A stretch of 64,000 bases of DNA from Lachnospiraceae bacterium (GTDB lineage: Bacteria; Bacillota; Clostridia; Lachnospirales; Lachnospiraceae): positions 2,618 through 66,617 of the forward strand of contig JAFSXN010000190.1 of assembly GCA_017444015.1 (NCBI GenBank). The letters run 5' to 3'. Shown here one piece after another: positions 52,001 to 61,955 of the stretch; the stretch's first letter is position 1; each line of letters begins with the position of its first letter. The notes under the pieces were generated by a model. It ran no database searches and was not told the DNA's origin. It saw only the letters and a program-made list of their open reading frames with translations. Position numbers and translations under genes: made by a program.

Positions 52001-54301
52001 AAATACTGGAGAGACAGAGGCGACGCCGGCAGGCGGCCGGACAGCGTTACCTTTGAGCTGTTCCGGGACGATGTGAGGTTAGAGGATCATACCGCGACGA
52101 TACAGACACCGAACATTGAGTTCAGGTTTGACGGGCTTACAAAGTATAAGTATGAAGGCGGCAAGGCGATACCTTATGTCTATACGGTAAAGGAACAGGC
52201 GCTGGATGGCTATGTTACTTATCCGGATGCAGGGATCGTAGTTAACAATGATTATCTGACAGGTCTCAATACCTACTCGGGAGTCAACTTTACGAATACC
52301 CCGACGGCGGTCAATCTGTCCAAGGTAGACCAGTCTGTGATCGTGGATGCCGAGACGGAGAGAAAGGCTGAGCTGACCGGAGCGGTAATGGAGCTCTACG
52401 CGTTGTCAGAGGGCGAAGGAAGCAGCGTAAAGGGTGAGGTACTGCAACGTTGGGTATCCGGCCTGACACCACACTATGTCGAAGGCCTGCCGTATGGCTG
52501 GTATCGTCTGGTCGAAGCGGATTCTCCTGAGAAATACTGGGATTCAGAACCGATCGACTTTGAGATCACCGCGAATGATATCCTGACTGAGAGTAAGGAT
52601 GTTCAGTTAGTTACCATGGAGGATGAACCGATCATCGGAGAGGTCAGCCTCCAGAAGATGGATGAAAATAAAACGGATCGTCTTGGCGGCGCGGAGTTTG
52701 AGCTGTTTACAGAAGCGGGTGCTCCGGTCAATGTGAAGGAAGCGGTTTCCGCAAACGGCGTTTCCAACAGCGGTCAGTACGAGTATTCCGCGCAGAGTAC
52801 CGCGGTAACGACGACAACGCTGAAGACGACGGCTCTGGGAGATCTGAATGTAACCGGCCTGCCGTACGGAACCTATTACTTTAAGGAGTCCAAGGCACCG
52901 AAGGGTTATGAGCTGAATAACAACAATGAGGTCTTCTCGGTTTCCATCGCCACTGCTTCGAGAGCAGCTGTTGATAAGGAAAGCAAGGATTATAAGAAGA
53001 GTTCCGTCACCGTATACGATAAGAAGAAGACCGGCGCGGTAAGGCTCTTAAAGTCCGATGAGGAAGGAAAAGAGCTTGCGGGAGCGACCTTTGAGCTGTA
53101 TTCACCGGTTGCAAGGACCGGAGTCCAGGCGGTTCTCGGATCGGCGTATCAGGATCCCTGGTATCGTTACGGAACGTATACGACCAATGAGCTGGGTGAG
53201 ATCTATGAGGACGGTCTGCCCTGGGGTCAGTACTACTTTATCGAAACAGAAGCGCCGGATGGTTATCTGATCCTTCCGGATATTGATGAGGACCTGAGCG
53301 CGAGAGTATTTACCTTTGAGGTAGACGCGAACTGGGTAGAAGAAACGGCGGCACCGATCGTTAACGACGAGGCACCGATCGTAAATATCAAAGACAGGAC
53401 CGGCGGCGGAACAACGCCGACACCTGGGCCTGGAGGCGAGGGCGGAACAACACCGACACCCGGACCTGGAGGAGAGGGCGGAACAACACCGACACCTGGA
53501 CCTGGAGGCGAGGGCGGAACAACACCGACACCCGGACCTGGAGGAGAAGGCGGAACAACGCCGACACCGGGACCTGGAGGCGAGGGCGGAACGACGCCGA
53601 CACCTGGGCCTGGAGGCGAGGGCGGAACGACACCGACACCTGGGCCTGGAGGAGAAGGCGGAACAACACCGACACCCGGACCCGGAGGAGAGGGTGGAAT
53701 TACACCTACGCCTGCACCTACTTCCGAGCCGGGCGGAGGAATAACGCCTACCCCGACTATAGTGCCTACGACGGTTATAACGGTAACGCCGACACCTACC
53801 ATTTTGCCGGTTATAACAACAACGCCTGCGCCGACACGGGCCAGGGTAACTGAGGGACCTACTCCGACCGTTACGCCGGAGCCTACCGAGGAGCCCACGC
53901 CTGTTCCGGGAGTGACCGATGAGCCGATACCGACGGAGGTTGTAGTAGTTGTAGTTACGGAGACACCGACGTATACGCCGACTCCTACTGCTACACCGAC
54001 AGCTGCCGCTACTCCGACTGTTGCTCCGACGCTTCGGCCTACCGTAACCCCTACGGCTACCGTTACTCCGATTCCTACAGCGGCAGTGCTGGGGGCGAGA
54101 AGAACGCAGCCCGGCGGAGTCGTCGCGGGAGTTCTGGGAGTAAGGAGCGCGCCTACGCAGGGTGTGCTCGGAGCAAGAGTAGGACCTGTGACGGGCGACG
54201 CAGCAAATATCGCTCTCTGGCTGATCATTCTTTCGGCCAGCATCGGAGCGGTGATCCTGATCCTTGTTCAGTCTTCGAAGAAAAAGAAGGCAGGAAAATA
54301 A
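34070..54301 (+). CDS. Giant cell-surface adhesin (6743 aa), paralog of 7637..27799
   Basis: Uninterrupted ORF. ATGATGAAG at 34070 mirrors the start of gene 1, and AGGAG lies upstream. The signal peptide [29 protein letters not shown] is alignable with that of gene 1. It has the same domain order, about 24 SpaA-like repeats, and the C-terminus VGPVTGD, a TM helix, then KKKKAGK. The track ORF begins at an upstream in-frame ATG, 34004. Confidence 0.97.
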   Translation: MMKRRGFRTFVAVLALVSMLLENTSMVFAVEGGFDTEQTEVYESTDTIETETSIETETADVSQNDSEETELSEEQETVPDEAETPEETAVEPVVEITTEENTEPQSSSEEAAITISSVEAVDGSRLEISGNEYIPLYIDTDQLNSKDTFRLSLDLPDGAAYDGLLNGELSKGNGNIYYLDNLQNRTARVSVREASEGVTVEYTVRGDGYPQISLTSAEEPEPEKELRVTEDGKAIEGNGLSELTITLDGSALNSRLSYSLYIGTDAAVTYEGTAVNGSITGLTKNTKTISLSDLDYQSFTIYAAGENTNTIAADYSIDSVNNSAVRIKLYDSGEEQKVKRDYTYEDELVYVTATLERADAVPDDAYFSVTRVEPESHEYDYDSYMDALNENSEDGTEYSGENTVLYDITFYTDETKTVEIEPEEGSVTVSIRFKENQLDTGLGAEAEGTLEINHLTETEDTIAVENIETETVVENGEVSFVTESFSIYSATYSKATTSYDLTYSDDSIEVTVKLPKEEAEKNSVLSNYLGDNLSGNGLKLRVFKRDGSWYNDTKAVVRELITSKKIFGNSITTDDVKYLNSDNWDSYIWVFPYELVLWGTVRDQWNSWEDYLCSLKDFEGVEVSFTFKNPTLQKLISDCQGADVSTIQVDLADSFYSANNQYNPGSYGISNVDQSNTKRVLDGASYSNNGDNLTFELNGASDIITVVLKKSVSDPVGYTSATANQKKVVFDSNGGSLVETQLVEEGKTASEPSAPTKDGCVFQGWYNGNTAYSFSTPVTSNITLKAKWDKNTVTFVSNGNSTATLVANGTAVQRPSDPIKSHHTFSGWYFGDTEYNFSTPVTEDIVLTAKFEYASQASVYTPGTSYTYREILGDAVYYGVTANTVSPNAHMDSNMAAGLVNGNSDTTQGVYTGNHNPGNSIAATVNGSWFTRAEGEKAFTIFVGEEYVDSLAQNLLCRVSDYRLTFNGETISIHLPDVKRRQESNGSFYYYINENDTKFDGEAGQALLARCWRYKEYSGSKHITLDSASHTSGELKAAVRGMVTGTKSESLAGEAQAYNFADIADYYAQDKDVPEGSGETAGKYTIDLRNSPAGTYYVNFAAGEYASKVGGSADGLHIRLNSNQNIVFNIPDTNVSLNQFSLDIGNGAGYRTSGKNNEGDDDYAKSVVWNLYNATTASNSGSINGIVLAPLAAYSIGTTSTGWVVADSVSNGGEWHCVWQEMPANPAEPEEPGVDTPATVEIPVSKSFAEGAAWPEGDSYTFTLTGQTTRTVETTSTGSCYTATARIHQTPETGREDYRIQVDAIHGGDHTTDLQTVKIAFNQPVQWVSCNAQGAALVSGSGTNQLTFTTTYHQNPTDRIGFGDLVVTSDGGLAVTDIEVTDGYGTTTVTGSETITAETEAGSVTIGAAAGTGSIGPLTFEPADTAGTVSYYYTLAENEPEYSDVIRDPKVYEIRVDVTTMISGKNRTATAKIYYKNTNGDYVELPAGQSFTFENRISAGHTPAQVTFNVAKSYQGDWTGKSFTFTISGSEGAPMPKKDGQTVTSVTTAADSSQGNSQTLSFGTIEFAAGDSDTSANKVPYTYTITETPGTDPDIAYDPTIYTITLNTYTVKEGNNWVAKVEKEGADSTESYTGETLSFENKIATGNLTVQKSVTGWWRITCERMGNEASVADPVFGPNHTHRKIYCGDPSHWRIDLDENGVPTKLTEIDTPYPTYNNGELPCVIYTDDTYTTVRDISTIRQGETIYWTSVHDGIKVQWRHYGTVESTGSFDFTVSKDDTYYYMENGVVKESSSPVSFSLEAGEKVDFTGLPVGEYTVTELGSENIFTVSVKDGEGSVLQTSANGTDTSATVNVTAGETSATVNFVNQLTAGTLRIKKNVNPGTVDYSGQNFYVRVTGPYDFDELLTLTIDEEGKASVALTDLPVGTYTVQETNADGIPLAQDTPYKIHMWGYGQGDNWSNNASINLTGGSDITVRISNTIGSLQVNKTLVPTNSTALSDTFYFAVTDGTNYYDTQGNAYTERHVEALSFENVTQETTQSLLFKNLPLDRKYSVREQMAVSENGATSYVDADSSNADFNYQVAYETVNWASSGYYTVQGADNIEAITGDKGNRPLVNVNITNTEKQYSEINIHKGGYHSNLGGVVFELTRNGKPVVAELVSTDPENNTYHFVSADGSAEATRLVTGSQGQVGIHELPWGEYYIKEVDTATGYVVSEDAWLYVNIKDYPSGHALSGDNEIKAGSAFTGFSATSFGKGSVSCGGNVINDKGQFELMVTKTGDGAPLAGAEFTLYKADGTTALETQTITARYDGTEENKVVAATAKFSTKLDWDETYILKETKVPEGYVKAADQTIALSADDYAALSNSTYSLTIDNKRIEGQVTLTKHDSAGTGLSGGEFEIHKGEAVIGVLQGEGGDGHYTYANGAEGAVTTIKTDTDGNAVVTGLPYGNYTFVETKTPDDSKYSKDAEQSFAIVDDGDQAAVVMVNTTNPAAVQFKKVDATTGRPIKDVPFYLYKADKTLYRATPYLSGADGIVRAENLATGSYYFEERFYDSEGKEIDPDNGYQKLSESDNHFAFTITESDGGSTVTLTENNVTTLENGIAVVKNEQGKGTVTVTKRKDTADGDLISGITFELYQTDASKSTEIKQSMKQYKGVTSDGVVTFTGLDWGWYFLREVQNDATRPYILTNNGISDVFYVGLDVEGGSANIEKTIINSIKKGSVHLTKVDEETKAALSGAVFTLYKDEVKAGNEIGGENGVSITNAAGITIDNLEYGNYLLKETSAPAGYQPLQNPIAFTIDGEAERDSSYDAVKEIPNPRKTGTVTLTKYSGSEKIQIANEEDRGEFTLYSADAASFGSRIKRLFSGTDYYEYGTYTLGADGTLTVSDLPWGSYYFAETKAPKGYVADENKEYPFTIGLIEDNGNKTESFEVSYDVTNTEKPGKIRLVKQDNAEDRDADLTGAEFKLFKITDTEAEDLLSADNATQYPNDSVTYTIGENNQLIVDNVEWGTYYFEEIKPATGYRLPSDRVNRLTQTIVIGADNAVDSIGRNDTANTIVFGNDKVEGTIRLQKVDENNENLAGATFYINVKTDRGERNVKLTGSNGVYSYDGLHDGLFDRNSKDIADTDGDGLLVVNNLPYGTYEVYEASAPDGYNLVETPKEFTISEDGQGTGEDAEPELFVNSPVQAKVSFYKIGDGEDGQKKGLAGAIFHLYKSEENEAGTTSWISIGTKTSESDGLVEFGGLAVGDYYVVEDKAPEGYTITMDGDEPKKYTFTVGNNDDGATKQISPAVAFGDGKIGVNNAQAKGTVKLFKSGSNAPLTGLNGAKYALYQEGTDTQIFAELETGYSYTKGETTGTAGEAGYLTVSGLDWGTYYFIETSAPEGYKADTKTKYTFKVDSSNTGTRVLYPGTGEEQTEGKIITTDTGGNDLKVVNEQILGQAKLTKKNSVTKAVIEGATFRLYYDTEDSQAAPQLVAGYENTSFVTDNKGEIKTSKDLPVGKYYFAETSPMTGYIASVTKYAFEVNESNYINVIPASDKTGTEEGVALNQPILGKVKLFKYETVDGEEVAITGKAKFRLYKESRILWFNSSQKLDIYETTDGYITVEDLEWGTYYFVEEEAPKGYVENKDARYIFTIDGDRTDYTTASTMLKVENERQKGSLKLKKTDEETGSALKGAEFNLYKGVYGSGTPVAGAQGLVTDSKGEITVTGLDWGQYYFVETQAPTGYTLKNDSYVDSYTTEEAGQTVSRKLIIDANNVEASAKAPLTAALTNGQIYGNVRLTKYDDKTPAGTLGGARFELYTTADARVYVSGENGAYQYSKDETSVVLETPSTSDNTNGILTITGLPYGNYYFKEIKAPEGYTATSVRSSFSIEENKDGFVDVTCMNGEIKGAVEFTKLSDDETPIEDAKFILYKKATKNNGLAPAVIGEYHSDSAGKVSAAGLTVGEYYFTEQSTPHDAWELSTEALSFEITDSDNGKVIYLGSGDDHRVVNTRKQGSVRLLKTYRDDDETGVLEGAGFRLYRMAGSEPASGDELVLINSQESAVTDEKGEINVTGLPWGDYYFVEISAPDGYVFDPVAAETTYYRFRVDETTAAAMQTVSVENERQTGSLTISKLDSTDHTKGLDGVAFNLYKIIKDSDGKEERTLKATLATSSGGQLSYSGLPWGDYVLVETGTINGYVLDTASAEHPFTIGKKNDRLVLEYTETITNRPVQGYVELAKVDSENNNIVLGGVAFDLYSGIAGSGTKVGEYMTDAAGKLFQTVKNGDGTEKTETKIGPLNKGNYYFLENADRSTLKGYQFSDQAISFAITEDGKTISFTGNTNSIKNTKKTGKVRIRKIDSETKDGLAGAEFTLYAREPKSLGERLASLLTDEFKRQTYTTKSDGVIEIEGLDWGKYFLAETKAAPGYELLADSDGKSVTYDFEITEANAGSTIVLNDITNTKLKGSVQLTKTDEETNAPVAGAKFKLYKMTGSEPVLSGTNADTAVSVDGDSEWTTNDKGVILVPGLDWGSYYFVETAPARGYEEFEENSVVSAVMTIDASNYNTGSKAMNTQTVALTNKKGYGYISLQKIFVNPDKNGSTGVYWSVACDVMDNAKWAGSDVGVWGADEIRNTEKNKNREGHQKIYCGTEENQLIYMDDNGVPTGMLHDKRGSTSERYAYGDINTKLYTDETYQTERDFSTLKSGEYIYWTTWNGGQKWYHHGTIEQTLHLTDEQVESLYYPPDDSGWDLSGVTYRLINDDTSKIVGEYVTNSDGVLTNGEGEPVIGPLAYGTYHFEEVALSDRAKAAGYQLSSQLASFVISKESTLEHAISNPLPYVNHVMDVKGGATFQKVDADNENTIVKGISFKVYQDGATDPTTTVVSDENGTVKVENLPMGTYYFEEDGDTARNAGYVPDTTKYYFRITQYDNGKTLSVHKDSVSGDLTGTVTNEKQKGSISLAKLGHDDKKLPLARTVSDGGAQFELWSSLSDTEPYYTADKLMSGGSDNKGTIENNGMTITVSGLPWATYYFRETAAPTGYVLPAAGNRDTNSVTIYAGNAYASVSEPLSCTKSDLALKVKLSKLDENNNELIGATLELYKADADGKRTGAAIDSWTSGGSPRTFTAAVGNEEGLAAGQGYVLHEAQAPAGYTLSDDIWFRVASDGTVTAKYVSTGTQAGMIGEGIGTTITMTDTPIELSISKKAWESGNMPPSSMENLSGAMLQIKEKASSRVVESWTSNGTNHKVAASLSVGTEYVLEETSAPTGYIKISPITFTIDGKGDIRAQAENGTDLSPDNNNHILYAVDRPIFIQIAKTRLTGSETDYVSGAKLAVYEVLSDGTLSAQPVVPEFTTKGVLETIDSSKLKVGSAYRLVELSAPDEYLKAEPVTFVVKDYDPTIQTTDGRQPQIIKMKDELLKVYVQKQGLGEQLAGASLQLLDSSGEVVAEWKTENRPAAIVSSTEVANEQELNLSDYQVVSTKEGKTLKAGVSYRLVELSDKTHPVPAGYNAANAVNFTLQNNTTVVKTVTMTDQPLAVAFGKKSTSGYLAGATMQLLTEKNKEDTAIAQWRTTDKPVIVTLGTIAEDSKYEKLELSKGVLELGKTYYLHEKTDGVPSGYYHADDIPVTIDNTDILSTYVREVDMVDVEQGKTSVPVSKTWIIPRDANGNPASDFTARTAVIELYRDSTTKGKSEDLVATYNMTWPETNYTFAQYQVNNEWRDLEKNSPAGYEYTYKVVEKETEAIKADFNIIYDSTPGVIINRTLPKVTDLTVTKTWQWYKDSDTAPQDVTVYLLQNGTRMASHTFAFDKKDITVGNTFVSQPFTFESLPKYNTDTGLEYVYTVEEEGTGFTSQISYDRTERTASILNVPDETPFYISGKKTWIDPTDKEVTHPQIVLALYRDGEPYLYTELDEKDEFTFGPLYQYNLGHGGGADNLETADGHPYTYEVKEIGAAGYDVTITYGENSGNYDPAQITGGNLAVNVENRIKNETINIAGVKYWRDRGDAGRRPDSVTFELFRDDVRLEDHTATIQTPNIEFRFDGLTKYKYEGGKAIPYVYTVKEQALDGYVTYPDAGIVVNNDYLTGLNTYSGVNFTNTPTAVNLSKVDQSVIVDAETERKAELTGAVMELYALSEGEGSSVKGEVLQRWVSGLTPHYVEGLPYGWYRLVEADSPEKYWDSEPIDFEITANDILTESKDVQLVTMEDEPIIGEVSLQKMDENKTDRLGGAEFELFTEAGAPVNVKEAVSANGVSNSGQYEYSAQSTAVTTTTLKTTALGDLNVTGLPYGTYYFKESKAPKGYELNNNNEVFSVSIATASRAAVDKESKDYKKSSVTVYDKKKTGAVRLLKSDEEGKELAGATFELYSPVARTGVQAVLGSAYQDPWYRYGTYTTNELGEIYEDGLPWGQYYFIETEAPDGYLILPDIDEDLSARVFTFEVDANWVEETAAPIVNDEAPIVNIKDRTGGGTTPTPGPGGEGGTTPTPGPGGEGGTTPTPGPGGEGGTTPTPGPGGEGGTTPTPGPGGEGGTTPTPGPGGEGGTTPTPGPGGEGGTTPTPGPGGEGGITPTPAPTSEPGGGITPTPTIVPTTVITVTPTPTILPVITTTPAPTRARVTEGPTPTVTPEPTEEPTPVPGVTDEPIPTEVVVVVVTETPTYTPTPTATPTAAATPTVAPTLRPTVTPTATVTPIPTAAVLGARRTQPGGVVAGVLGVRSAPTQGVLGARVGPVTGDAANIALWLIILSASIGAVILILVQSSKKKKAGK
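36245..36630 (+). other. Two Listeria-Bacteroides repeat (Flg_new-type) domains, present only in giant protein 2
   Basis: [61 protein letters not shown] and [59 protein letters not shown]. Both carry the F-x-GW...F-x-TP[IV]...[IL]-x-L-x-AK[WF] signature. Confidence 0.65.
36685..37735 (+). other. Choice-of-anchor-A-like segment of giant protein 2
   Basis: [27 protein letters not shown] ... [10 protein letters not shown]...[35 protein letters not shown]. Alignable with 9921-10825. Confidence 0.4.
40441..49235 (+). repeat. Array of ~24 tandem SpaA/prealbumin-like domains in giant protein 2
   Basis: Examples: [28 protein letters not shown]...[15 protein letters not shown] and [29 protein letters not shown]...[19 protein letters not shown]. 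Confidence 0.75.
50955..52230 (+). other. Cna-B-type domains in giant protein 2
   Basis: [18 protein letters not shown]...[66 protein letters not shown] and [30 protein letters not shown]. Confidence 0.6.
53408..53695 (+). repeat. In-frame tandem repeat, 36-nt unit x 8, within the PT/G-rich stalk at 53399-54079
   Basis: GGAACAACGCCGACACCTGGGCCTGGAGGCGAGGGC and near-identical copies that differ only at synonymous positions. They encode [12 protein letters not shown] eight times. Confidence 0.95.
54179..54298 (+). other. C-terminal cell-wall sorting signal of giant protein 2
   Basis: [40 protein letters not shown]. Confidence 0.65.
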
Positions 54302-54531
54302 AAAGAGAAATATAAAGCTTATGATCCTTTGCAAAGAGGCAGAGGACCTTAAGTGAAACAGGAAGGCCGCGGTACAGCCCAGCTTTGTGCAGGAGTCTGT
54401 TGCCGCGGCTTTGCTGTAATAAGAACTGGATATCTACCCGTTTCTTTTTTGGCGCGGATGATATATAATGATATCCGGTAACTGCCCGGGGAGTTCGGGC
54501 GTAAGAATAGTTATACAGAGGAGATTTATGC

Positions 54532-55740
54532 ATGATACCGAATACGAACTATAATAATCTGAAGGATTCCTATTTGTTTTATAATATCGCCCAGAAGATC
54601 AACGCGTATCTGAAGGAGCATGAGGGAACGAAGCTCTATCGGATGGGGATCGGGGATGTTTCGCTTCCGCTCTGCGACGCGGCGATCAGGGCGCTTCACG
54701 AGGGCGTGGACGATCAGTCAAAAAAGGAGACGTTCCACGGCTATATGCCGGAGTGCGGGGCGCCGTTTCTTCGGGAGACGATCTCCGGATATTATCAGAA
54801 GCGCGGGGTTTCCCTTTCCAGTGAGGAGGTCTTTGTTTCCAGCGGCGCTTCGGATGAACTGGGAGATATATTGGACATTTTCGGCAAGGGCAAGATCGTT
54901 CTGATCATGGAGCCGGCCTATCCCGCGTACGTAGACGCAAATGTGATGTCCGGAAATACGATCATCAAGCTGCCGGCGGGAAAGGAGAACGGATTCCTGC
55001 CCAGTCCGTCAGATCTCGAAAAGGGGATCAGCCCCGACGTGATCTATATCTGCTCCCCGAACAATCCTACCGGCGCGGTGTTCTCGAAGGCGGGCCTTAA
55101 GGAATGGGTGGATTTTGCGAATGAGACCGAGGCGCTGATCATTTTTGACGCAGCTTATGAGGCCTTTATTTCCAAGGACGCTGTTTCCGCGGATGGTGTC
55201 GCGCTTCCGCACAGTATCTTTGAGATCGAGGGAGCAAGGACCTGTGCTATCGAGATCTGTTCCCTTTCCAAGACTGCCGGCTTTACCGGGACCAGATGCG
55301 GTTATACGGCGATCGCGAAGGATTTAAAGCGCGGCGGGATGACGATCAACGATATGTGGGTCAGAAACCGGACGACGAAGACGAATGGCGTTTCCTATAT
55401 TCTTCAGAAGGGCGCGGCAGCGATCTTTACGGATGAAGGGCAGAGACAGATTCATGAAAATATAGATATCTATAAGAATAACGCGAAGGTTCTGATGGAA
55501 GCGGTGGATTCGCTCGGAGTCTGGTATACGGGCGGCGAGAACGCACCCTATATCTGGATGGAGTGTCCGGGGGGACTTGGAAGCTGGGAGTTCTTTGACA
55601 GACTTCTGATCGAGCATCAGGTGGTCGGAACGCCGGGAGAGGGCTTTGGAAAGTGCGGAGAAGGGTATTTCCGTTTCTCGTGCTTCGGGTCGCCGGAGGA
55701 TACGGTAGAGGCGGCGAAGCGCCTGAAATCCTTTCATTAA
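54532..55740 (+). CDS. dapL: LL-diaminopimelate aminotransferase (class I/II aminotransferase)
   Basis: RBS GAGGAG. The N-terminus NYNNLKDSYLFYNIAQKINAY...MGIGDVSLPL, then FHGYMPECGAPFLRETIS, PAYPAYVDANVMSG, and the PLP-lysine motif SLSKTAGFTGTRCGY all match the DapL pattern as I recall it. Confidence 0.75.
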   Translation: MIPNTNYNNLKDSYLFYNIAQKINAYLKEHEGTKLYRMGIGDVSLPLCDAAIRALHEGVDDQSKKETFHGYMPECGAPFLRETISGYYQKRGVSLSSEEVFVSSGASDELGDILDIFGKGKIVLIMEPAYPAYVDANVMSGNTIIKLPAGKENGFLPSPSDLEKGISPDVIYICSPNNPTGAVFSKAGLKEWVDFANETEALIIFDAAYEAFISKDAVSADGVALPHSIFEIEGARTCAIEICSLSKTAGFTGTRCGYTAIAKDLKRGGMTINDMWVRNRTTKTNGVSYILQKGAAAIFTDEGQRQIHENIDIYKNNAKVLMEAVDSLGVWYTGGENAPYIWMECPGGLGSWEFFDRLLIEHQVVGTPGEGFGKCGEGYFRFSCFGSPEDTVEAAKRLKSFH

Positions 55741-55834
55741 CGTAAGTTTGGCGTTATAGCGGATTTGAGTCGAATACTTGTGTGATATACTGATTTGAAG
55801 GTCTTTACAGCGGATGATTATTGGGTCAGAAAGA

Positions 55835-58078
55835 ATGGAATATATAAGAATCAATGAGAATGGGATACATATCGTCTTTGGCGTGACGGAGGACAGACGG
55901 TTTAAGCTCCTGCATTTTTCGAGCGCGGAGTTTAAGGAGAGCGATCTGATCACGGTCCGTACGGAAATGAAGGAGGATGAGAAGGCGCGGACCGATATCA
56001 ACGATGAGGTTTTTCAGCTTGTTCAGTTCAAGGCTTCCGGCTTCAATTCGCCCTATGAAAAGCACGGAAACAAGCATATCCTTTCAGCACCGGGCTGTTT
56101 TTTCCGATATGTCGGAATGACGGACGAGCGAAACGGGAGCGGAAGGCTTCTTACGATCACCGAGGAGGATGCGGAGCTTACGGGGATCCGCGTGGTTACG
56201 ACCATGCAGTTTTATGACGGGATTTCCGTTGTAAGGATAAAAAACAACGTTATCAATAACGGTCGAGAGACGGTGACGTTGGAGGATGTGTCCTCTTTCC
56301 TGTATTTCGGGATCGATAAGGAGGGAGAAAAACTTCCTGAGGATAAGATGCATCTCATCGTGCCGCAGAATGGCTGGCAGAAGGAGTATACGATCAAGGA
56401 CTGTGGCTTTACAGAGCTGGGGCTTACCTTTACGCAGCCCGGGCTGTTTCCGAGAAGCTCTCTGGTCTTTGAGGTGACGAATACCGGGCACTGGTCGACA
56501 AAAAAGTATCTGCCGATCGGCTATATCGGAAACCGGGAGGCGGATACCGCCCTCTTTTTCCAGATCGAGCATAACGGCTCGTGGCATTACGAGGTGAGTG
56601 ACCAGAACGGGCATTACTATGTCTATGTTTCCGGACCGAATGAGACACAGTCCCACTGGTTTAAGGAGTTAGCACCGGGTGAGAGCTTTGAAACGGTTCC
56701 GGTGGCGGTCGGGGTATCGGATGATTCCGCAGAGCATATGATCCGGGAGCTAACGAAATATCGACGGAAAATACGGCGGCCGAACCGGGACGATGAGGAG
56801 CTGCCGGTGATCTTTAATGACTATATGAACTGTCTGTTCGGGGATCCGACGACAGAAAAGGAGCTTCCTCTGATCGATGCCGCGGCTCAGACTGGCTGTG
56901 AGTATTTTGTGATCGATGCCGGATGGTACGATAAGGGCTTCTGGTGGGATTCGGTCGGAGAGTGGAAGGAGTCGAGGGAACGCTTTCCAAACGGGATCAG
57001 AGAGGTTACGGACTATATCCGTAAGAAGGGAATGATTCCGGGCTGCTGGCTGGAACTTGAGGTCATGGGAACCGAGTGTGAGAAAGCAAAGAGGGTCCCG
57101 GACGACTGGTTCTTTGTCCGGCACGGGAAGCGGGTCTGTGACAGGAGCCGCTATCAGCTGGATTTTCGAAATCCAGAGGTCATAAAGCACGCGGACGAGG
57201 TGATCGACCGGGTCGTAAAGGAATACGGCGCAGGCTATATCAAGATGGATTATAATATCGAGCCGGGTATTGGGACGGAGCTTTTGGCGGACAGCCCAGG
57301 GGACGGCCTTTTGCAGCATGAAAGGGCCTATCTGTCCTGGCTTTCCGGGGTGTTTGAGCGCTATCCCGATCTTGTGATCGAGAACTGTTCCAGCGGAGGG
57401 CTGCGGATGGATTATGCGATGTTATCCCGCTACAGTATCCAGTCGACCTCGGATCAGGAGGACTATCGGGAGTACGCGACGATCTCGGCAAACGTTCAGC
57501 TTGGGGTCTGTCCGGAGCAGGCGGCGGTCTGGTCCTATCCTGTGAACCGGAAATCGGCGGAGCCTGAGGAGGTCATCTACAATATGGTCAACGCGCTTTT
57601 GCTTCGGATCCATCAGAGCGGGCATCTGGCAGAGCTTCCGAAGGAGTCGGTAGCGCTTGTAAAGGACGGGCTTTCTGTTTATAGGAGTATCCGGGGCGAT
57701 ATTAAAAACGCGACGGTCTTTCTGCCAAACGGCTTTGCGGATAACCGGGATAAGTGGCTTTGTTCAGGATTGCAGCTTGACGACTCGGCGTATCTCTGCG
57801 TCTGGAAGCGGGAGATGAAGGGGAAGCTCGACAACAGGCGGCTTCTTACGAGGGAGGAAAGAGAGGATGAAAACGCCTTTTCGATCCCGCTTTCGTCCCT
57901 GCCCTTTGGAGGGACGGGGAAGACAGTCGAGCAGATATACCCGAGCGAAAAAATGTATGACTTAAACGACGCACTTTATGAAGGACTGAAGGCACCGTAT
58001 ACCTGTAAGGATGATATACTGACGGTGCGGTTTGAACAGCCGGTCATGGCGAGATTATATCGGATACGTGAAAAGTAA
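55835..58078 (+). CDS. Alpha-galactosidase, glycoside hydrolase family 36
   Basis: CEYFVIDAGWYDKGFWWDSVGEWKESRERFPNGIREVTDYIRKKGMIPGCWLELEVMG, GYIKMDYN and ENCSSGGLRMDYAML. The start is ambiguous: ATG 55835 (MEYIRINENG) or the track start 55814. Confidence 0.8.
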   Translation: MEYIRINENGIHIVFGVTEDRRFKLLHFSSAEFKESDLITVRTEMKEDEKARTDINDEVFQLVQFKASGFNSPYEKHGNKHILSAPGCFFRYVGMTDERNGSGRLLTITEEDAELTGIRVVTTMQFYDGISVVRIKNNVINNGRETVTLEDVSSFLYFGIDKEGEKLPEDKMHLIVPQNGWQKEYTIKDCGFTELGLTFTQPGLFPRSSLVFEVTNTGHWSTKKYLPIGYIGNREADTALFFQIEHNGSWHYEVSDQNGHYYVYVSGPNETQSHWFKELAPGESFETVPVAVGVSDDSAEHMIRELTKYRRKIRRPNRDDEELPVIFNDYMNCLFGDPTTEKELPLIDAAAQTGCEYFVIDAGWYDKGFWWDSVGEWKESRERFPNGIREVTDYIRKKGMIPGCWLELEVMGTECEKAKRVPDDWFFVRHGKRVCDRSRYQLDFRNPEVIKHADEVIDRVVKEYGAGYIKMDYNIEPGIGTELLADSPGDGLLQHERAYLSWLSGVFERYPDLVIENCSSGGLRMDYAMLSRYSIQSTSDQEDYREYATISANVQLGVCPEQAAVWSYPVNRKSAEPEEVIYNMVNALLLRIHQSGHLAELPKESVALVKDGLSVYRSIRGDIKNATVFLPNGFADNRDKWLCSGLQLDDSAYLCVWKREMKGKLDNRRLLTREEREDENAFSIPLSSLPFGGTGKTVEQIYPSEKMYDLNDALYEGLKAPYTCKDDILTVRFEQPVMARLYRIREK

Positions 58079-58151
58079 AATTGTGCTTATGATTTAGTCT
58101 CCGGCAGGATGCAATTACGGAGTAAATCAGAAGATTCAGATGAGGTTTTGT

Positions 58152-58835
58152 ATGTCTTACGATAAGGAACTGGTCCAGGGGAAGTTAAAACGCTGGGAAA
58201 ACTATATACTGCATTACAGGCTTCCACTGTGGGAAGAGCTGCCGGATTTCGGACTTTATATGGAGCAGGTCACCTCGTTACTTTCCCAGGTTCTGAATTA
58301 TCTGCCCAACGAGATCGCAAAGGAGGACAAGAGCGAGATGTTTCCCATTACCTCGGCCGCGATCAATAATTACGTACGTACAAAAACCATGCCGGAGCCT
58401 GTGAAAAAGCGATATTACCGGGTCCATATCGCTTATCTCATCATGATCTGTACCATGAAGCAGACGCTGAGCATCAGCCTGATCAAAACCCTGATCCCGG
58501 TAGGGATCTCAGAGGATGAGGTAAAGCGGCTGTATACCAGATTTATTGAATGGTTCCACCTGGAGGTCCAGTATTTCGGGGAGCAGTTAAAGCAACTGGC
58601 GGGACCGCTGTACGCGGAGAAAAAAGAAGGAGCCCCCTCGGGGGAGCAGACGATAACGGCTTCCTCGATCCCGTTTGAGTTTGCGGGACTTGCCGCGGAG
58701 ACTACGGAGGATCTGATCTTTTCCATGGTTCTGATCTCCGTCTTTTCAAGGCTCCTTGCCCAAAAGCTTTTACTTCTTCACGGCAGGACCTTAAATGACA
58801 GCGAAAACATTGAACTTCGCTATCCCGAGGAGTAG
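58152..58835 (+). CDS. DUF1836 domain protein
   Basis: LPLWEELPDFGLYMEQVTSLLSQVLNYL...ITSAAINNYVRTKTMPEPVKKRYYRVHIAYLIMICTMKQTLSI. GAGG lies 6 nt before ATG 58152. The track start is 58140. Confidence 0.6.
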   Translation: MSYDKELVQGKLKRWENYILHYRLPLWEELPDFGLYMEQVTSLLSQVLNYLPNEIAKEDKSEMFPITSAAINNYVRTKTMPEPVKKRYYRVHIAYLIMICTMKQTLSISLIKTLIPVGISEDEVKRLYTRFIEWFHLEVQYFGEQLKQLAGPLYAEKKEGAPSGEQTITASSIPFEFAGLAAETTEDLIFSMVLISVFSRLLAQKLLLLHGRTLNDSENIELRYPEE

Positions 58836-58841
58836 CGTCCG

Positions 58842-59594
58842 GTGAGATACAGAGTCACGTACTATTGCGTCTGCGATATCGGAAAGGTCCGGGAGATCAA
58901 CCAGGACAATTTTATCGTCGGCGGTAGGTATCTTAAAAATCACGAGGACAGGATCCCTGAGCTTCTGTTCGGAGAAAACGAGGGGAAACCGCTGCTGCTT
59001 GGAGTTTTTGACGGCATGGGCGGCGAGGAATGCGGAGAGGTGGCATCCCTTCTTGCGGCACAGACCGCTGCGGAGATCACGCCCGGAAGAAAGCCGGAAA
59101 AGGATCTGCTTGCGCTCTGCTCTACGGCGAATGAGAGGATCTGCTCGTATATGGATACGCACGGACTGAAATCCATGGGAACGACGGCAGCGATGTTAGC
59201 CTTTACGAGAAAGGGGATCATGCTCTGCAACATCGGCGACAGCAGGATCTTTCGCTTCGCAGAGGGAAAGCTGTCACAGATTTCTATGGATCACGTCGTC
59301 CCTCTTCCCAATATCCCAAAGCCTCCTCTGGCTCAGAATCTGGGGATCCGCCGAAGGGACCTTGTGATCGAGCCATATCTGGCGAAAGGGATCTATAAGG
59401 AGGGGGATATCTATCTGATCTGCTCCGACGGGCTGACGGATATGGTCTCCAACGAGTCGATCACAAATGTCCTGACTACTACGGGCTTTGAAGCGGCTGC
59501 CCAGAGGCTTTTGGACCGGGCGCTTCAGAGCGGGGGAAGAGATAACATAACGATCATTCTCTGTCGGATCGAAAAGAAGAAGTTTTTTCGATAG
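58842..59594 (+). CDS. PP2C-family Ser/Thr protein phosphatase
   Basis: GTG start, 9 nt after GAGGAG. Motifs: REINQDNF, GVFDGMGGEECGEVAS, GTTAAML, CNIGDSRIF, ICSDGLTDMV and GGRDNITIIL. Confidence 0.85.
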   Translation: MRYRVTYYCVCDIGKVREINQDNFIVGGRYLKNHEDRIPELLFGENEGKPLLLGVFDGMGGEECGEVASLLAAQTAAEITPGRKPEKDLLALCSTANERICSYMDTHGLKSMGTTAAMLAFTRKGIMLCNIGDSRIFRFAEGKLSQISMDHVVPLPNIPKPPLAQNLGIRRRDLVIEPYLAKGIYKEGDIYLICSDGLTDMVSNESITNVLTTTGFEAAAQRLLDRALQSGGRDNITIILCRIEKKKFFR

Positions 59595-59603
59595 CTTCCC
59601 CGG

Positions 59604-59984
59604 TCAGAGATCCAGACCGCGTCCCGATTCTATGCGTTTGACGTAGATATCGGGGCGCTTTTTCATATCCACCAGGGTATGAAAGGCATTCATGACAAGA
59701 GTTTCTTTGTTGCAGGTCGTTGGGTTCTTGCCGATTTCACGGATCAGATTGTACTTATCCATCTGCCAGACATAGAGATCGGAGAGGGAATAGCCCGCAA
59801 TCTTTACCGCGTCCTTAAAGGTATGATGGGAAAGATAGAAGACAAATTCCTCATAGATCTCTGGATCTAAAAGCAGCTCCGTCCAGAGCTCGTCCCCGAA
59901 TTCCCGGGAAAGCCCCGCATAGTCTACCAGGTCATAGAAGCCTTCACAGACCTTTAATTTGGAAGTAGAAATTATTATGCTCAT
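59604..59984 (-). CDS. Hypothetical protein (126 aa), no family recognised
   Basis: Clean ORF, convergent with the phosphatase gene, with coding-like composition. It has no SD sequence, but a promoter-like TTGACA-16-TATCCT sits 6 nt upstream of the ATG. Confidence 0.5.
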   Translation of the reverse strand: MSIIISTSKLKVCEGFYDLVDYAGLSREFGDELWTELLLDPEIYEEFVFYLSHHTFKDAVKIAGYSLSDLYVWQMDKYNLIREIGKNPTTCNKETLVMNAFHTLVDMKKRPDIYVKRIESGRGLDL

Positions 59985-59990
59985 AGCTTT

Positions 59991-60018
59991 AGGATAAACG
60001 TTTTAAAAATCTTGTCAA
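59991..60018 (-). promoter_or_regulatory. Promoter candidate giving a leaderless transcript for 59604..59984
   Basis: On the minus strand: TTGACA (60018-60013), a 16-nt spacer, TATCCT (59996-59991), 6 nt, then ATG (59984). Confidence 0.35.
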
Positions 60019-60063
60019 GAGTACAAAAAAGGAGTATCCGGTAAATTCTACGGAGGATTGGGC

Positions 60064-60092
60064 TTGTCAGCCGGACCGGATGCCTGTAATAT
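60064..60092 (+). promoter_or_regulatory. Promoter candidate for the 5'-nucleotidase gene
   Basis: TTGTCA (60064-60069), a 17-nt spacer, then TAATAT (60087-60092), with TG immediately upstream. GGAGG RBS lies before ATG 60159. Confidence 0.45.
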
Positions 60093-60158
60093 ATAAGAGA
60101 AACAAGCAGAAACGATACAGGAGTTCTGCATTTACTCAGTCAAAGAAGGAGGAAGAAA

Positions 60159-61955
60159 ATGAAGAAGAGATGGTTAGGGCTTATCGCTCTTGCGATGAGC
60201 GCTGTGGTCGGTCTGTCGGGCTGCAGCCCGGAGATGATCGGTTATTATACCGGACAGTTTGGGACGCCGGACTCCGTAAAGGCGGAAGCGGCAGATGAGT
60301 TTGCCGTTTCGGAGACGGCAGAAGCGCCTGTGGCGGAAGAAGTTTCCGAGGAGCCTGAATTTGAAGGCCCGAGGGATGTTGTAGTCCTGTTTACCAGCGA
60401 TATCCACTGCGGCGTAAATCAGAATTTCAGCCTGGTAGGACTGAAAGCCGTAAGGGACGCGCTTGAAAAGAAGGGCGCGCTTACACTTCTTGTAGACGAC
60501 GGCGACGCGATCCAGGGCGAGGCGCTTGGGACGATCACAACCGGCGAGGCGATCATCGACCTGATGAATGCGATGGATTATGATATCGCGATCCCCGGAA
60601 ACCATGAATTCGACTACGGGATGGATCGGTTCTTTGAGTTAGTGGACAGGGCCAAATTCCCGTATATCAGCTGCAACTTTAATAAAGAGGGAGAGCTGGT
60701 TTTTGATCCGTATATTATTAAAGAAATCGGAGACTATAAGATCGGTTTTGTCGGCGTAACGACACCGGAAACGCTGACAAGCTCGACTCCGAAGTATTTC
60801 CAGGATAAGGACGGAAACTATGTATACGGCTTCTTCCAGGACGAAACCGGACAGGGCGTGTACGACGCGGTACAGAGCGCGGTGGACGCGGCAAGAGCTG
60901 ACGGCGCGGATTACGTCTTCGTAATGGGGCATGTCGGAAATGAGGCGGAATGTGAGCCCTGGACCTATGCGGATATTATCTCGAATACAAACGGAATTGA
61001 CGCTTTTATGGACGGTCACAGCCATGATACCGACCATGTAGTTATGAAGAACAAGGACGGCGAAGATGTTCCCCGTCAGGCCTGCGGCACGAAGCTTAAC
61101 GGCATCGGTTATGTCAGGATTTCCGCGGAAGACGGCGCTGTTACGGCGGGCCTGTATTCCTGGGTCAACAGCGATATTACGGCCCCGGAGCTCTTTGGCT
61201 TTGACAATGAGATCGCGGCTGCCCTTTCGGAGGAGACAGACGTTCTTAACGAGGAACTGGGCAAGGTTGTAGCAAAGACAGCGCAGACCTTAACGATTTA
61301 TGATCCGGAGGCGGTAGATGAGAACGGGCAGCCGATCCGTATTGTCAGAAGAGCTGAAACGAATCTCGGCGATCTCTGCGCGGATGCGATAAGAGATCAG
61401 CTGGGAACCGATATTGCGCTGATGAACGGCGGCGGAGCCCGTGCGAATATTGAAGCAGGCGATATTACGCTGAATGATATGATGAAGGTTCAGCCCTTCG
61501 GAAATATGGAAAGCGCGGTTCTTGCTACCGGACAGCAGATTTTAGACGCTCTGGAGTGGGGCGCAAGAGCTGTACCGGAGGAGCTTGGCGGCTTTATGCA
61601 GGTTTCCGGTCTGACCTACGAGATCCATACTTATATCGAAAGCTCCTGTACCTCCGATGAAAACGGAATGTTTACCGGCGTGGACGGAGAGTACCGGGTA
61701 AAGAACGTAATGGTAGGTGACGAGCCACTGGATCTTGAAAAGACCTATTCGGTAGGCTGTATCGATTATATCTTATTCAATAACGGCGACGGGTATACGA
61801 TGTTTTCCGATTGCGAGGTACTCCTTGACAGCATTAAGATCGATAACCAGGGAACCATCGATTATATTACCGGGACCTTGGGCGGCGTCGTCGGAGAAGA
61901 ATACGCGAACCCTTACGGACAGGGAAGGATCGTCGCGGTAGAGGAAGCTCCGTAA
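60159..61955 (+). CDS. Bifunctional metallophosphatase / 5'-nucleotidase lipoprotein (UshA-like)
   Basis: Lipoprotein signal MKKRWLGLIALAMSAVVGLSGC. Metallophosphoesterase motifs DIHCGV, GDAIQGE, GNHEFDYG and GHSHD. A C-terminal 5'-nucleotidase domain (NGGGARANI). Confidence 0.85.
   Translation: MKKRWLGLIALAMSAVVGLSGCSPEMIGYYTGQFGTPDSVKAEAADEFAVSETAEAPVAEEVSEEPEFEGPRDVVVLFTSDIHCGVNQNFSLVGLKAVRDALEKKGALTLLVDDGDAIQGEALGTITTGEAIIDLMNAMDYDIAIPGNHEFDYGMDRFFELVDRAKFPYISCNFNKEGELVFDPYIIKEIGDYKIGFVGVTTPETLTSSTPKYFQDKDGNYVYGFFQDETGQGVYDAVQSAVDAARADGADYVFVMGHVGNEAECEPWTYADIISNTNGIDAFMDGHSHDTDHVVMKNKDGEDVPRQACGTKLNGIGYVRISAEDGAVTAGLYSWVNSDITAPELFGFDNEIAAALSEETDVLNEELGKVVAKTAQTLTIYDPEAVDENGQPIRIVRRAETNLGDLCADAIRDQLGTDIALMNGGGARANIEAGDITLNDMMKVQPFGNMESAVLATGQQILDALEWGARAVPEELGGFMQVSGLTYEIHTYIESSCTSDENGMFTGVDGEYRVKNVMVGDEPLDLEKTYSVGCIDYILFNNGDGYTMFSDCEVLLDSIKIDNQGTIDYITGTLGGVVGEEYANPYGQGRIVAVEEAP

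Noticed and set aside
53408-53695. The 36-nt x 8 array as a CRISPR array.
   Set aside because: The repeats are directly adjacent with no spacers. They are in frame, inside a continuous ORF, and encode a sensible PT/G linker.
54302-54531. A lysine riboswitch or T-box upstream of dapL.
   Set aside because: The region is only 230 nt and I saw none of the conserved L-box or T-box elements. I noted only a GCCGCGG...CCGCGGC stem (54366-54409) and a TATAAT at 54464-54469 with a poor -35.
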